Assembly: GCA_951406725.2 (NCBI GenBank)
Contig: OX597832.1
Coordinates: forward strand, 65,534,001 to 65,598,000
Source: Octopus vulgaris
Taxonomy: Eukaryota
DNA length: 64,000 nucleotides
Direction: 5' to 3'
The stretch's first letter is position 1; each line of letters begins with the position of its first letter. Below, one piece after another: positions 1 through 12,089 of the stretch. The position numbers were made by a program, and so were the translations under genes. The notes below the pieces were generated by a model. It saw only the letters and a program-made list of their open reading frames with translations. It was not told the DNA's origin and ran no database searches.

Positions 1-77
1 GTAGTAATTACACCAACAACGGTTATCAAACGATGGTGAGGAAAAATACAGAAACACCAACACATACATCTGTACAT

Positions 78-85
78 ATCTATAT

Positions 86-167
<82 letters not shown>

Positions 168-169
168 CC

Positions 170-216
<47 letters not shown>
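78..216. repeat. Compound microsatellite (TATC)n-(TC)n-(TA)n
   Basis: Directly visible; representative of dozens of (TA)n, (CA)n, (TATC)n and (TAA)n tracts across the window. Confidence 0.95.
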
Positions 217-219
<3 letters not shown>

Positions 220-738
220 AGAATGAGTTAAGAATCAACGGCTGTGGAAGATTTCAGAACACTGTTTTTTGTTTTGGGGATATTTTACATAGCCCTTCAT
301 CGTAGTGAGAAAATGGTTAAGCAATGGTTATTATAGATAAGATATGAAATAGAGTTTGAAGTGGAGGAATGAAAATAGGAAAAACGAATGAATATACAGG
401 AATATTGCATCTCCAGTTTCATTATTTAAGCAGAATGGTATACATACAAGATTCCTGTACCTTACACTTAATTTCCTGACACCTTTGGGTCTTCTTGACA
501 CCATTACCTCTCATAACCTATATATATATTTAATATATTCGTTTTGCAAGATCCTTGATGTGGACTCGTGTGTTGAGACAGATATTGTTGTATTGCGAGT
601 TTAGCCAATGAAATCACACACACGATTTATTCGAAAGAACTCTGCCCGAAATATAATTAATATGAAATAAAGCTGCAGCAAACGAACACCGACTAAATTG
701 GCAATACGACCATCCCCGAATACAACACCACACACACA

Positions 739-843
<105 letters not shown>

Positions 844-864
844 GTATGTACATATGTACATATT

Positions 865-914
<50 letters not shown>

Positions 915-1280
915 CACGGAATAAGAGAGGGAGAAAGAGAGGGCGAGAGAGATACATATATTTGTATATGTATGGTGTTTGCAGCCGATGCAATTCAAAG
1001 CAGCTCTTGTTACCCATTTCACAATATCAAATGGAAATGGAAACATATACATGTCAGATTGTATCGTTCTAGTTGTGTCTCGTACATTTACATGCAGAAA
1101 CATACACACATGGCACATGTCGATACACACACGCACACACGCACACCTATATGTATATGCATACACAAAGACATTTATATATACCAACATATATATATAT
1201 ATAAGGAAGGATAGGAAAATAGGGAGCAGTGAAATGAATAATAATATTAATAATAATAATAACATTTTATTAAAAAATTT

Positions 1281-1437
1281 ATTTATTAGACATTCACTAG
1301 TACAACACCAAAAAACTCCCAAATATATGGCACACTAGGCATAACAACAACGTGAACTTCCAACCTGTTGTCTCTTGTGGTCTCTGGGTGAGACTTGGAG
1401 CCAACTTGTACAAACCTTAAAGCAAAAGTCAAACATA

Positions 1438-1440
<3 letters not shown>
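1281..1440 (+). mobile_element. 3' UTR-only fragment of R4/Dong-type LINE (family B) between (TAA)n tracts
   Basis: Close match to 57670-57828, which follows the RLE-domain ORF 57295-57594, and to the reverse complement of ~28454-28600; ends ...CAAAAGTCAAACATAG+(AAT)n. Confidence 0.85.
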
Positions 1441-1518
<78 letters not shown>

Positions 1519-1532
1519 TAATAATAATAATA

Positions 1533-1814
1533 ATATGGTTGTGATGCATGTGCCTGGTATGCCCTTATGACACATATGGTTGTGATGCATGTGCCTGGTA
1601 TGCCCTTATCACACATATGGTTGTGATGCATGTGCCTGGTATGCCCTTATCACACATGGTTGTGATGCATGTGCCTGGTATGCCCTTATCACACATATGG
1701 TTGTGATGCATGTGCCTGGTATGCCCTTATCACACATATGGTTGTGATGCATGTGCCTGGTATGCCCTTATCACACATATCGTTGTGATGCATGTGCCTG
1801 GTATGCCCTTATCA
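1533..1814 (+). repeat. Tandem array of 7 x ~41 bp (ATATGGTTGTGATGCATGTGCCTGGTATGCCCTTATCACAC)
   Basis: Units start at about 1533, 1574, 1615, 1656, 1695, 1736 and 1777; the unit is an internal segment of the adjacent element (native copy ~2157-2195). Confidence 0.95.
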
Positions 1815-2278
1815 AAAGATGGGCTACAGCAAATATTCTGCTCAATACCACAGATTTGCTTGTCAGTTGTTTGACTTTAACCAGTTGAGCATGTCCCTTA
1901 GTGGCTGACGATATGTGCATCTCTGATCACGAACAGAAGTAGTGGGGGAGCATCATAGCCATGTGTTGAGAGGGATTCTTTGGGGTTTGAATAATTCACC
2001 TCTGGAGACATGGGTGGGTTTTTCAACATCCTTAAACAACCCTTATTCAGGGACCGTTTGAGCGGGATGGGCTACTCAACCTGAAGAAAATTCTAACTGG
2101 GCCCCACCTGCAAGGTCATGTGCAGTTTATCTTGATATGAGATCACCATGCCGCGCACATATGGTTGTGATGCATGTGCCTGGTATGCCCTTATCAGACG
2201 GGTAGTCATGATGGGTATATTGGGCTTCGTATATTTTACCCCAGTGTCACTTTGATGGCATGAACTGCTCTCTCACTC
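1815..2278 (+). mobile_element. Non-coding (TAA)n-targeted retroelement 'E', 5'-truncated copy
   Basis: Near-identical to ~26878-27342; shared 3' end CTCTCTCACTC+(AAT)n; third copy at 56381-56536. Confidence 0.8.
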
Positions 2279-2358
<80 letters not shown>

Positions 2359-2418
2359 TGATGATGATAACATCGAAAAATGCCTTAGGAATTAGAACCC
2401 ATGTTAAAATTTCACCAA

Positions 2419-2465
2419 GACACCTCATGAAGGCTGGAGGGTATAACAGTTGAAACGTTGTATTA
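2419..2465 (+). ncRNA. Decayed minimal type I hammerhead-like motif (Penelope-type)
   Basis: GACAC-CTCATGA-A-GGCTG...CAGTT-GAAACGTT-GTATT; core G5 is replaced (CUCAUGA) and stem I is imperfect. Confidence 0.35.
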
Positions 2466-3441
2466 ACAACAAACAAAGTGAGGAGAGATCCCCGTCAAAT
2501 GTAAATAACGTAGATAATTCCTAATTTCTTAAATATAGAACTGTATATATATATATATATATATTTGCATAAAAATATATTTCGGTTTTACATTTTTTAT
2601 TATGTTCCTGATATTTGGTGGATATCATTGATGAAGATCAGAATGGCGACCAAGTACTTCGGCAGACAACCGTCATTGAATTTGTGGATCTGCTTAATTA
2701 TTCTCATAATGGCCCTCTTGAGATAAAAAAATATACATTCCATATGCGTATATATAAATTCACACATAGAAACATGGCTCAAATTTCGACAGAGGTCTAT
2801 GTTCCTCTGAGTTAAGAGAGCCCTCTCAACACATACTACCCTTTTATAATGCTAAGTAATAGCGTTTGGAATGTAGGATCATTTTGTAAGGAAACATGTA
2901 AGCGCCACGTGCGTCAGTATACTACAGGAGATAAAGGAATTTTCCAACACAGAGGAATTTTAGAGAAGCACAATTCCATTCCCTGTGGAAGTTTGCTGAC
3001 CAACATTTCCCATCTTCTAAAGGGTGTTTACTCGATTCCCTAAGCTTTCTTCACAGCCCTCCTGCGTTCGAGAATGTCTCCTATTTTCTGTTCAATGCTG
3101 ACAACTCGACGCTGAGAAGTTTCTTTACAATACATATGCATACCTGAAGATTGCGCTAAAGCACGAGAGAAGTTGAAAATCACTGCCTGGCATGCTTTCA
3201 TCAAATGAAATTAATAGTAGCCTATAAAAATATATGTTGAGTTTATTACATTGTATTTACCTCTCACTAAATGCAGTACTTAGTAGATCCCAGAACAATA
3301 CACTAAATATGCATGTGTGTATATTTACATGTGCATGGATGCATGGATGCATATATTGTATTGCAAACAACTTATAAGCGCAGTGTTGTCGGTATTCTAT
3401 TGAGGAATTATAAAATAATATATATTAAATAATATTTTTTA

Positions 3442-4312
3442 ATGCAGTTTAATGCGGAAAAATTCCAATCCCTGCGCTGCCAGCGTCCAAAACAGAATAT
3501 ACAACTTACAGGGTACACTATTCCACAGGGGATTACAATCCCAGAGCGTAAAACAGTGAGGTACCTGGGTATCAACAGGAGTGATGATATCTCTTTCCGA
3601 GTGCATATTAGCAGGACAGCCACAAAGTGCAGACGACTGGCTGGCTGTATCCTGAGAACGTTCAGGACCAGAAAGAAGGAAACCATGATGGTCCTCTGGA
3701 GGAAATTTATCCTCAGCCGCCTGGACTACTGCTCCCAGCTATGGTCACCCAACAGTGCAAAATTAAAAGCAGACCTTGAAGCAATCCAGCGAAGCTTCAC
3801 AAAAAAGAACGTATCGTTACAACAGCTCAGCTACAGGGAAAATCTGAAACATCAAAGACTGTACTCCCTGGAGCGAAGGTGGGAGACTTATTCAGTAATA
3901 TATATCTGGAAGATCCTGGAAGGAGTTGTGCCAAATTTTGTCATTGTAAGCTACACCAATGCCAGAACACGTCAACAATGCACAGTGTCACAGATCCCAG
4001 CAATGCCATCGCGCGTCAGGGACAGTTATTACAACAATCTGGGTTTCAGGGGCCTATAGCTTTTTAATATTCCCCTAAAGACCCTGAGGGACCTACACAA
4101 AGTGGATGTGGTCGTTTTCAAATCCAAACTGGACCTCTTCCTGTCGAGAGTCCCAGATAAACCTAACTCGCGACAAGAGGTGCATATGAGGATAGCGACA
4201 TCAACCTCCCTTATTTACGAAATGCCATATAGTAGAGGAGGCTCTCAATAAGAACAGTGTAGCAAAACGGTGGTGCCCCAGCATGGCCGCAACTCTAATC
4301 TGAAAATACAAA
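3442..4312 (+). mobile_element. CR1/L2-group LINE 3' fragment (end of RT, C-terminal domain, 3' UTR)
   Basis: ORF 3442-4059: MQFNAEKFQ..YLGI..ILRTF..SRLDYCSQLWSP..LEAIQRSFTK..LYSLERR, typical of a CR1-group ORF2 C-terminus; 5'-truncated. Confidence 0.85.
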
Positions 4313-4489
4313 AAATATGTATATATATATATATTTATATATATATATATATACACATATATATATATACACACAGAGATCTACATACATGTCTGTATAT
4401 ATATACATATATATATTTATATATATATATGTATGTATGTATATATATACATATATATACATATGTATACATATATATATATATGTATA

Positions 4490-4534
<45 letters not shown>

Positions 4535-4557
4535 GTATATATATGTGTGTGTGTAAA

Positions 4558-5633
4558 TATTCATGTCTTTTTTATAGTAGACTTTATATTTTATTTTCTC
4601 GCAAAATCGCTATTTCTCTTCGTTTATATCTCTGCCTATCTATCTTTCATTTATTCTGATCATTCGCACTCCTTCCCTATATCTCCATATATATGTATGT
4701 ATATACTACATATATACCTCTGCGTGTGTTTGTGTATGTTTGTTTATGTATATGTGCCTTAGAATTCGAAATCTGCGAAGTACTGCTGAAATATAATCAA
4801 GCACAACAACGAAAGCAGTATGACAATCATCATCATCATCATTCAGTCTACTACCACAATCACTATCACCACCACCACCACAAGTATAGTCACGAGGAAT
4901 GACAACAGCAACAACAACGACAACAGACATTTGCACACAGTGTCAACCCACAACAGCCAATCTGCCGGTTATACGGGCGAATATTCCAGTTAATCCGATT
5001 ACCGAAACAGCCTGCTCGTGAGATTAGCGTGCGGGTGGCTGAGCACTCCACAGACACGCGACCCCTTAATGTAGACACCGGGGAAAATTTGGTGGCATAG
5101 AATGTGACGGGGCTGGCCATTTGATTCACAAATAAAACTCACTTTTGCCAGGAGAGTGAAAGAAAGTGTCTCGCTCAAGGACACAAAGCACCGGCGGAAA
5201 ACGAACTTACAACCTTATAATCGGCAGCCGCATACACTAACCACTAAGGAAAGCGCTTTCACTTATGTCAACTCTAACAAGAGAAACTATAGCAACAACA
5301 ACAACTACAACAAGAAGACTGAGAATAACAATTTCTTTAACCAGCAATGGAAGTAGATGAAAAAAGAAAAACGACATAAAACAGAAAAAACAAATGAATG
5401 AATAAAATGGAGTCTGATAGGAATCTTTAATTTTCAGAAGATTCGATATATTGATGTTTTGTTTGTGAGTAATGTCTGGGGGGTTGTATATGGGGTGAGG
5501 TGAAGAAAAAAAAGGGAAGGAGTGAGAATGATCAGAATAAATGAAAGATAGATAGGCAGAGATATAAACGAAGAGAAATAGCGATTTTGCGAGAAAATAA
5601 AATATAAAGTCTACTATAAAAAAGACATGAATA
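4558..5633. repeat. ~121 bp inverted repeat pair (4558-4678 / 5513-5633)
   Basis: TATTCATGTCTTTTTTATAG...CCTTCCCT versus its reverse complement; one mismatch seen; ~835 bp spacer. Confidence 0.9.
4960..5250 (-). mobile_element. Degenerate SINE copy (same family as ~17740-17945)
   Basis: Shared blocks GGGGAAAATTTGGTGGCATAGAATGTGACGGGGCTGGCC / GGGAGATTCAGCGTGATACAGAG..GCTGGCC and AAAGTGTC..GCTC.A.GACA.AA. Confidence 0.55.
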
Positions 5634-6097
5634 GGAGCGAATATTCACACTTGAGAGGGAGAAAATAAGCGGAATAAAGAGACACAATAAAGACAGAGAG
5701 ACTAACTAGCGTATAATGAGTAAAGTAGAATGTGTTTGAGTGTAATATCCATGAGAGATAGATACACTGCAAGGAAAAAATAAGGATTAAAGTTACACGA
5801 GAAGGAGATGCGGGGTTTCAGCGTATATGAGAAGAAAAGCGAGAAATAGAGAGTAAGGAGGCAGTAGGATAGATGGCAGTAGGAGAGCTTAAAGACATTT
5901 TTGAGAAGGAGCGGTAGAATGTTAGAAGCATGGAGTAAAGGAATATGAGAGAAAATGAAAGGATGTTTTAAAATACATGGGAAAAGAGGAGAGAAGGATG
6001 CAAATTGGAATAAAGAATATGCAAAAGGGAGAACAGAGAGATAAAGTGTTGTAAAGTCGGTATGTGAGAATGTGTGAGATCGTGCGCGCGCGTAAAC

Positions 6098-6134
<37 letters not shown>

Positions 6135-6869
6135 TTAAATACGTGAGCATAGTTAAGAGTAAATAAATATAGGCGAAAATAATGCATATTGAGAAATAAA
6201 GGAAAAACGAAAAAATCTAAATAAACTGTGATCGAGCGAGATAACACTCTGCCACGAAATATATCGATGCATTTAGGAGTGCGTTTATAGTGTGTGTACG
6301 TGTATATACTTGTATGTGTGTATAAGTTAATGCATATCGACTAATGTATATATTTTAATAATAGTTGAGTATCTAAAAGTATTAGAATGTTTAATGAAAG
6401 GACGTGACAAACACAATCATTTAGGTAGGAGAGTGTATCTACGAAAGAAATAGAAATAAAACAAAGATGCATGCGTGAATTACTGGTTAAGATTTTAATG
6501 TAAAATAATACGAGAAATTCTAAAGAGTAAACGAAGGAGAAGAGAAATAATCTCAAGCATTGGGTTTAAACCACCTACAGCTCTCCAGCGGAAAACAATA
6601 CAGGTTCAAAATAAATACTATCAAAAAATTTTCTTGGAGAGCAAAATAAACATTGGATGGTTATTCATAAAGTTTTGGGAATGGTCGTAATTTATAAATG
6701 CCATTTAAAATAATTTTACGCCTTAAATTTCCTATCTGTCTGTCGGTAAATTTTGATACTTGACTTTCAACGAATTTGTTATAATGTAGTGTTTTCCACA
6801 GCTATAATGCCTGGCCAATGTTGTGGCTGTACCTGTTGTATCTGTTAAAATATAGAAATATTCTTTTCT

Positions 6870-7220
6870 ATACTAGGCACAAGGCCCGAAAGTTCGACCT
6901 CAGTACGTAACAGGTAATGAATTTATCGACCGCGTAAGGACGAAAGGCAAATTCGAACTCGGCGAAATTTGAACGCAGAACCTAAAGATAGAAGTAACTA
7001 TTTCTTTACTACCCACAAGGGGCTAAACACAGAGAGGACAAACAAGGACAGACAAACGGATTAAGTTGATTATATCGACCCCAGTGCGTAACTTGTACTT
7101 ATTTAATCGACCTCGAAAGGATGAAAGGCAAAGTTGACCACCGTAGAATTTGAACTCAGAACGTAGCGGTAGATGAAATACCGCAAAGCATTTCGCCCGG
7201 CATGTTAACGAGTCTCCCAG
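6870..7220 (-). mobile_element. Two partial SINE copies with the GTCGACTTTGCCTTTCATCC..GTCGAT core
   Basis: Reverse complement of the block at 47510-47705; further copies at ~21200-21395(-), 45000-45190(+), 45695-45870(+), 53925-54110(-) and 54270-54400(-). Confidence 0.7.
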
Positions 7221-7874
7221 TGCTAGAGTAGACCACATAGTGGTCGCTCTCTTATATTTATGTATAAAATGTATGAAAATCCGGGTTTTATATGCACTAA
7301 GCCGCTTGGTGTTAAATGGATGTACTATTAAATTAGTATACAACTTTATCACCCTCATTAGTTGATTGTAACTATGCTACATTTAATTTTGGATGTAGTA
7401 TCTGTTTCTGTGAGTGTTGGCGGGCTAAGACAGGGGCACTTAAACTATAGCAGCGAATGCAATTGGCTGGACTACACGTGCGTTTGTCGTGGTGGTGAAG
7501 TCTAGCGTGCGGTCGAGTTAATTGTATTCTGAATGGGTTCGGCCGAGGAGCTACAAATAAAGGTATATTATGTGAGTAAAATTACATAATTTATTAATCT
7601 ATTAATAGCGAAACAATTGTCCGAACTAATTTGAATTTTTGTTATGTTTATTTGCCCTGTCTGCGCCAGTAGTTGTGCTAATATTCATCGGAAACATTTT
7701 TTATGTGGCTGAAGCCCAATGGTTCTATTTTTAGTGCTAGAGTAGACCACATAGTGGTCGCTCTCTTATATTTATGTATAAAATGTATGAAAATCCGGGT
7801 TTTATATGCACTAAGCCGCTTGGTGTTAAATGGATGTACTATTAAATTAGTATACAACTTTATCTCCCTCATTA
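7219..7874 (+). mobile_element. Non-coding element with 142 bp terminal direct repeat (period 514 bp) and a hammerhead variant; retrozyme or Penelope pLTR-like
   Basis: 7219-7360 = 7733-7874 (one mismatch); ends in (TA)n; hammerhead-like motif at 7536-7627. Confidence 0.7.
7536..7627 (+). ncRNA. Type I hammerhead ribozyme variant (CCGAGGA core)
   Basis: Stem I GGTTCG/CGAACT, extra G, CCGAGGA, stem II GCTA/TAGC with internal hairpin, GAAA, palindromic ACAATTGT stem III, GTC triplet. Confidence 0.6.
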
Positions 7875-7924
<50 letters not shown>

Positions 7925-8144
7925 TCAATATAGGGTGGCAAAAAATTTCGTAGAATTCTTTGGCCACCAGCGGCCTAGTGGGAAAAAAATTAAATAGTCA
8001 TAGACCATTTATAAATTCAACAGCAAAATCAAGGAACGGCCATAATAGGCCATTCACCCACTAGAAATAACAGCCAAAGCTTCAACCGCAAAACAACATT
8101 AATTCCGCAAACAAGGAGAAAATTAAAAAAACATTTACCCTGTA

Positions 8145-8251
8145 GTTTTTTATACGATGCACCGTTTCATCTATTGTTTAATGGTAAACTAACCTGATTA
8201 AATTAAATCAAGCTAGTCTTCCATAGGCCGATAGATTCGTCAGTAAAGAAC
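8145..8251 (-). ncRNA. Type I hammerhead ribozyme (one stem I mismatch)
   Basis: Reverse complement: GTTCTTTA-CTGACGA-ATCTAT...ATAGAT-GAAA-CGGTGCATC-GTA-TAAAAAAC. Confidence 0.85.
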
Positions 8252-8628
8252 GGCCAGATCGGAGCAGATATTTACACGAGGCACTTCTATCACTGTCTCG
8301 GCAATATCTGACCTAAAATTTTCAAATCATCGCACTAGCGCCAAATTTATCGGCAGCAAATATAAGCCGCCGATTCCATTACGGAATTAACCAGAAAATT
8401 CATAATTAATCAATATAGGGTGGCAAAAAATTTCGTAGAATTCTTTTGCCACCAGCGGCCTAGTGGGAAAAAATTAAATAGTCATAGACCATTTATAAAT
8501 TCAACAGCAAAATCAAGGAACGGCCATAATAGGCCATTCACCCACTAGAAATAACAGCCAAAGCTTCAACCGCAAAACAACATTAATTCCGCAAACCAGG
8601 AGAAAATTAAAAAAACATTTACCCTGTA

Positions 8629-8735
8629 GTTCTTTATACGATGCACCGTTTCATCTATTGTTTAATGGTAAACTAACCTGATTAAATTAAATCAAGCTAG
8701 TCTTCCATAGGCCGATAGATTCGTCAGTAAAGAAC
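8629..8735 (-). ncRNA. Type I hammerhead ribozyme
   Basis: Intact core CUGACGA/GAAA/GUA and perfect 8 bp stem I. Confidence 0.9.
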
Positions 8736-9096
8736 GGCTAGATCGGAGCAGATATTTACACGAGGCATTTCTATCACTGTCTCGGCAATATCTGACCTAA
8801 AATTTTCAAATCATCGCACTCGCGCCAAATTTATCGGCAGCAAATATAAGCCGCCGATTCCATTACGGAATTAACCAGAAAATTCATAATTAATCAATAT
8901 AGGGTGGCAAAAAATTTCGTAGAATTCTTTTGCCACCAGCGGCCTAGTGGGAAAAAATTAAATAGTCATAGACCATTTATAAATTCAACAGCAAAATCAT
9001 ATAAATTCAACAGTGCGATGATTTGAAAATTTTAGGTAAGATATTGCCGAGACAGTGATAGAAGTGCCTCGTGTAAATATCTGCTCCGATCTGGCC

Positions 9097-9203
9097 GTTC
9101 TTTACTGACGAATCTATCGGCCTATGGAAGACTAGCTTGATTTAATTTAATCAGGTTAGTTTACCATTAAACAATAGATGAAACGGTGCATCGTATAAAG
9201 AAC
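9097..9203 (+). ncRNA. Type I hammerhead ribozyme
   Basis: GTTCTTTA(9097)-CTGACGA(9105-9111)-ATCTAT..ATAGAT-GAAA(9180-9183)-CGGTGCATC-GTA(9193-9195)-TAAAGAAC; predicted cleavage after 9195. Confidence 0.92.
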
Positions 9204-9324
9204 TACAGGGTAAATGTTTTTTTAATTTTCTCCTGGTTTGCGGAATTAATGTTGTTTTGCGGTTGAAGCTTTGGCTGTTATTTCTAGTGGGTGAATGGCC
9301 TATTATGGCCGTTCCTTGATTTTG

Positions 9325-9385
<61 letters not shown>

Positions 9386-9782
9386 TTGTAACCACTTTAG
9401 TATAGCTGTCCGTTCGAGCGGACTCTACTGCGATATTTTTAAACCCAAGAGTACATCTCCTCTAGCAGGTTAACGATGCGTAGCCGCATCCAATAAAATC
9501 GTGAACAGGGGAGCTAACTCCCATCAACTACCGACGTGACCAGCGTACCGGTCCTGGTTTTCAGCTATTTCTGCCACTCCTCAGTACAGAAAACCTCGTC
9601 TGCTACAGATGATAGCAGCACACCTCTGCTCTTAATATATATATATTTCAAGCGAAAACATGGTCGATGTTCATGCAACATGCAAAAATACATACATGCA
9701 TACATATATATTATGTATATATATATATGTATATAGATATTTAATACATATATCTATATTGCTATATACACACACACACACA

Positions 9783-9826
<44 letters not shown>

Positions 9827-10039
9827 TGTGTGTGTGTGTGTATATGTGTGTGTGTTAAAATTGTAGACGAGCATCTGATAACTTTTTTCTTATGATAATT
9901 TATATTCGTTTATCAGCCTTTTATGTTTCGCTTAAATCCTACCTAAATTCATACTTCTGAAGAATCGATACTTTCAGAACCACTTTTCCAAAATTAACTG
10001 ATACCTATAGCTTGCCAGAAGGCTAAATAAAACACACAA

Positions 10040-10091
<52 letters not shown>

Positions 10092-10095
10092 ACAT

Positions 10096-10144
<49 letters not shown>

Positions 10145-10645
10145 TCTCACAGATTTCTTATCTACCAGGGCTGACTGTTACATAGTTTGTTACAATTTTC
10201 AATCGAGCGTTGGTGGTTTTATCATTTACAACAATATCGTTGAAACTCTTGTTGTTAAGACAAAATTCACATAATTACAACTGTTCTATTTACGGAAACA
10301 AGACAAATTCATAGGAGACCGCTTTTGTGCCAAATGACAAAGGGAGGACTTGTAATGAACTATGAATAAAATATTGATACACATCAGAGAAATAAGATAT
10401 GGACACACCCGTGTTTGAATATGATTTGTCTAAAAGTAAATGTCTCGTTCATTCGAACAAATGTGCGCCCATTTTGCCAGACACACGTGCAACATTTCAC
10501 TCGTAAAATATAGTTGAAAATATATACAGTACATGCAAGCATATATATATATATATACACATTCATACATATATGTGCATGTGTGTTTGTGTGTTTCTGC
10601 TTGTGTGTATATATATATATATATACACATACATACATTCATACG

Positions 10646-10739
<94 letters not shown>

Positions 10740-12089
10740 ACTTTGAAGACTAGACTTTATACTCGTATCACCAGTGAAATTTGAAACTCAGAAAACTTTT
10801 TAAAAATGAATATGACGAAAATAAAATGAAACCGGAGAATTTTGGGGGGAACGACAGAATTTATTGGTTTTTCCACATTCGGGTTGGAGAGTAGAAAGAA
10901 TTAGAGACTTGAAGAAAAAGACGTGGGGAAACACAAATTTAAGGATAAGAAAAAATGGGAAAATAATCACTGCCATTTTAAAAATACATCGAATTAGAAT
11001 AGAAAGAAATATTTATTTTCGAAAAGAATACTCTCATTCGAGGGGACACTTCGTAAAAAGAATGAGATAGCTGCATTTCAGAGCTACTCATTCGCATGGT
11101 ACATCGTATTCAGTCTGATCTTGAGAACTTAAAATGCAAATCATTATAGAGTTTCGAGAAACATAAATATGTATAGTGTTTTGATGTATAGTGTTTTGAG
11201 CGCTTGCACCTACATACGTACACTACACTCACAGTGGCGCACACACAGGTGTATATACAGATATAAATTAATGTAATTTTAGCGCCAAACACTCTTTAGG
11301 CATAAGCCAAGTCCAGGTTACTGAAAATATGTTCGTGACATTTTAACAGCTAAAAGGCAAATTCACTGTATTTACTGTGGAGAAAAATTCCTCGTACGGT
11401 AAAAAGGTATAATAATGTCATATCTGTCCCGTGTAACCATCTATCAGGATTTCCCGTCATCGATGTTTGTAGCTCTTTAGCTCTTTAGCTCTTTAGCTGT
11501 TATCAATGTGAAATACCGAAGAGAGGTAAATCTGGACAAACCATATTAACGCTACAGCTGTAATCTAAATACAGGCAAAAACACTGACTGATCTGCGCCA
11601 GTAGCCCACAAGGTCGTGAAAATTACCGTAATATTAGCGCAAAGCAGTGTTTAGGTATAAGAAAATTTTATGTTATAATGTGTTTATGACGTATTTCAAG
11701 TCCTAAAAGGCAAATTCACTGCGATTAGAGTGTATAATTTTTTCTCCTATGGTAAAATGTTATAAAAACACCTGGAATTTTAAATAGAGGTTAAGCATTT
11801 CCTCAGTTTAAAGATACGTGCGGAAATACTGAGTATAAATTAAAATATATCGCTGAGTTGAAGTTAAGAATGATTTCCATTTTGCTAATTGAATCGTCCT
11901 TCAACTACCTTCTATGAATACTTTGAAATGCCAATGTTCACGTACAATCACTATATACACACATAGATATATGTAAGTATATATTTATGCATGTATCTAT
12001 ATCTGTCTGTCTATCTATCTATCTACATGCATACATAAATACATATATACATTCATGTATATATATATATATATATATGTATATATAAA

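Larger units (their letters stand above)
7918..9327. mobile_element. Hammerhead retrozyme-like array, locus 1: ~2.2 monomers (485/484 bp, ribozyme on minus) plus inverted partial copy 9012-9327 (plus)
   Basis: Monomer starts at 7918, 8403 and 8887; inversion junction ~9000-9013; both ends in (TA)n. Confidence 0.9.

Noticed and set aside
1533-1814. Possible CRISPR-like array
   Set aside because: No unique spacers; contiguous 41 bp units derived from the neighbouring element; eukaryotic context
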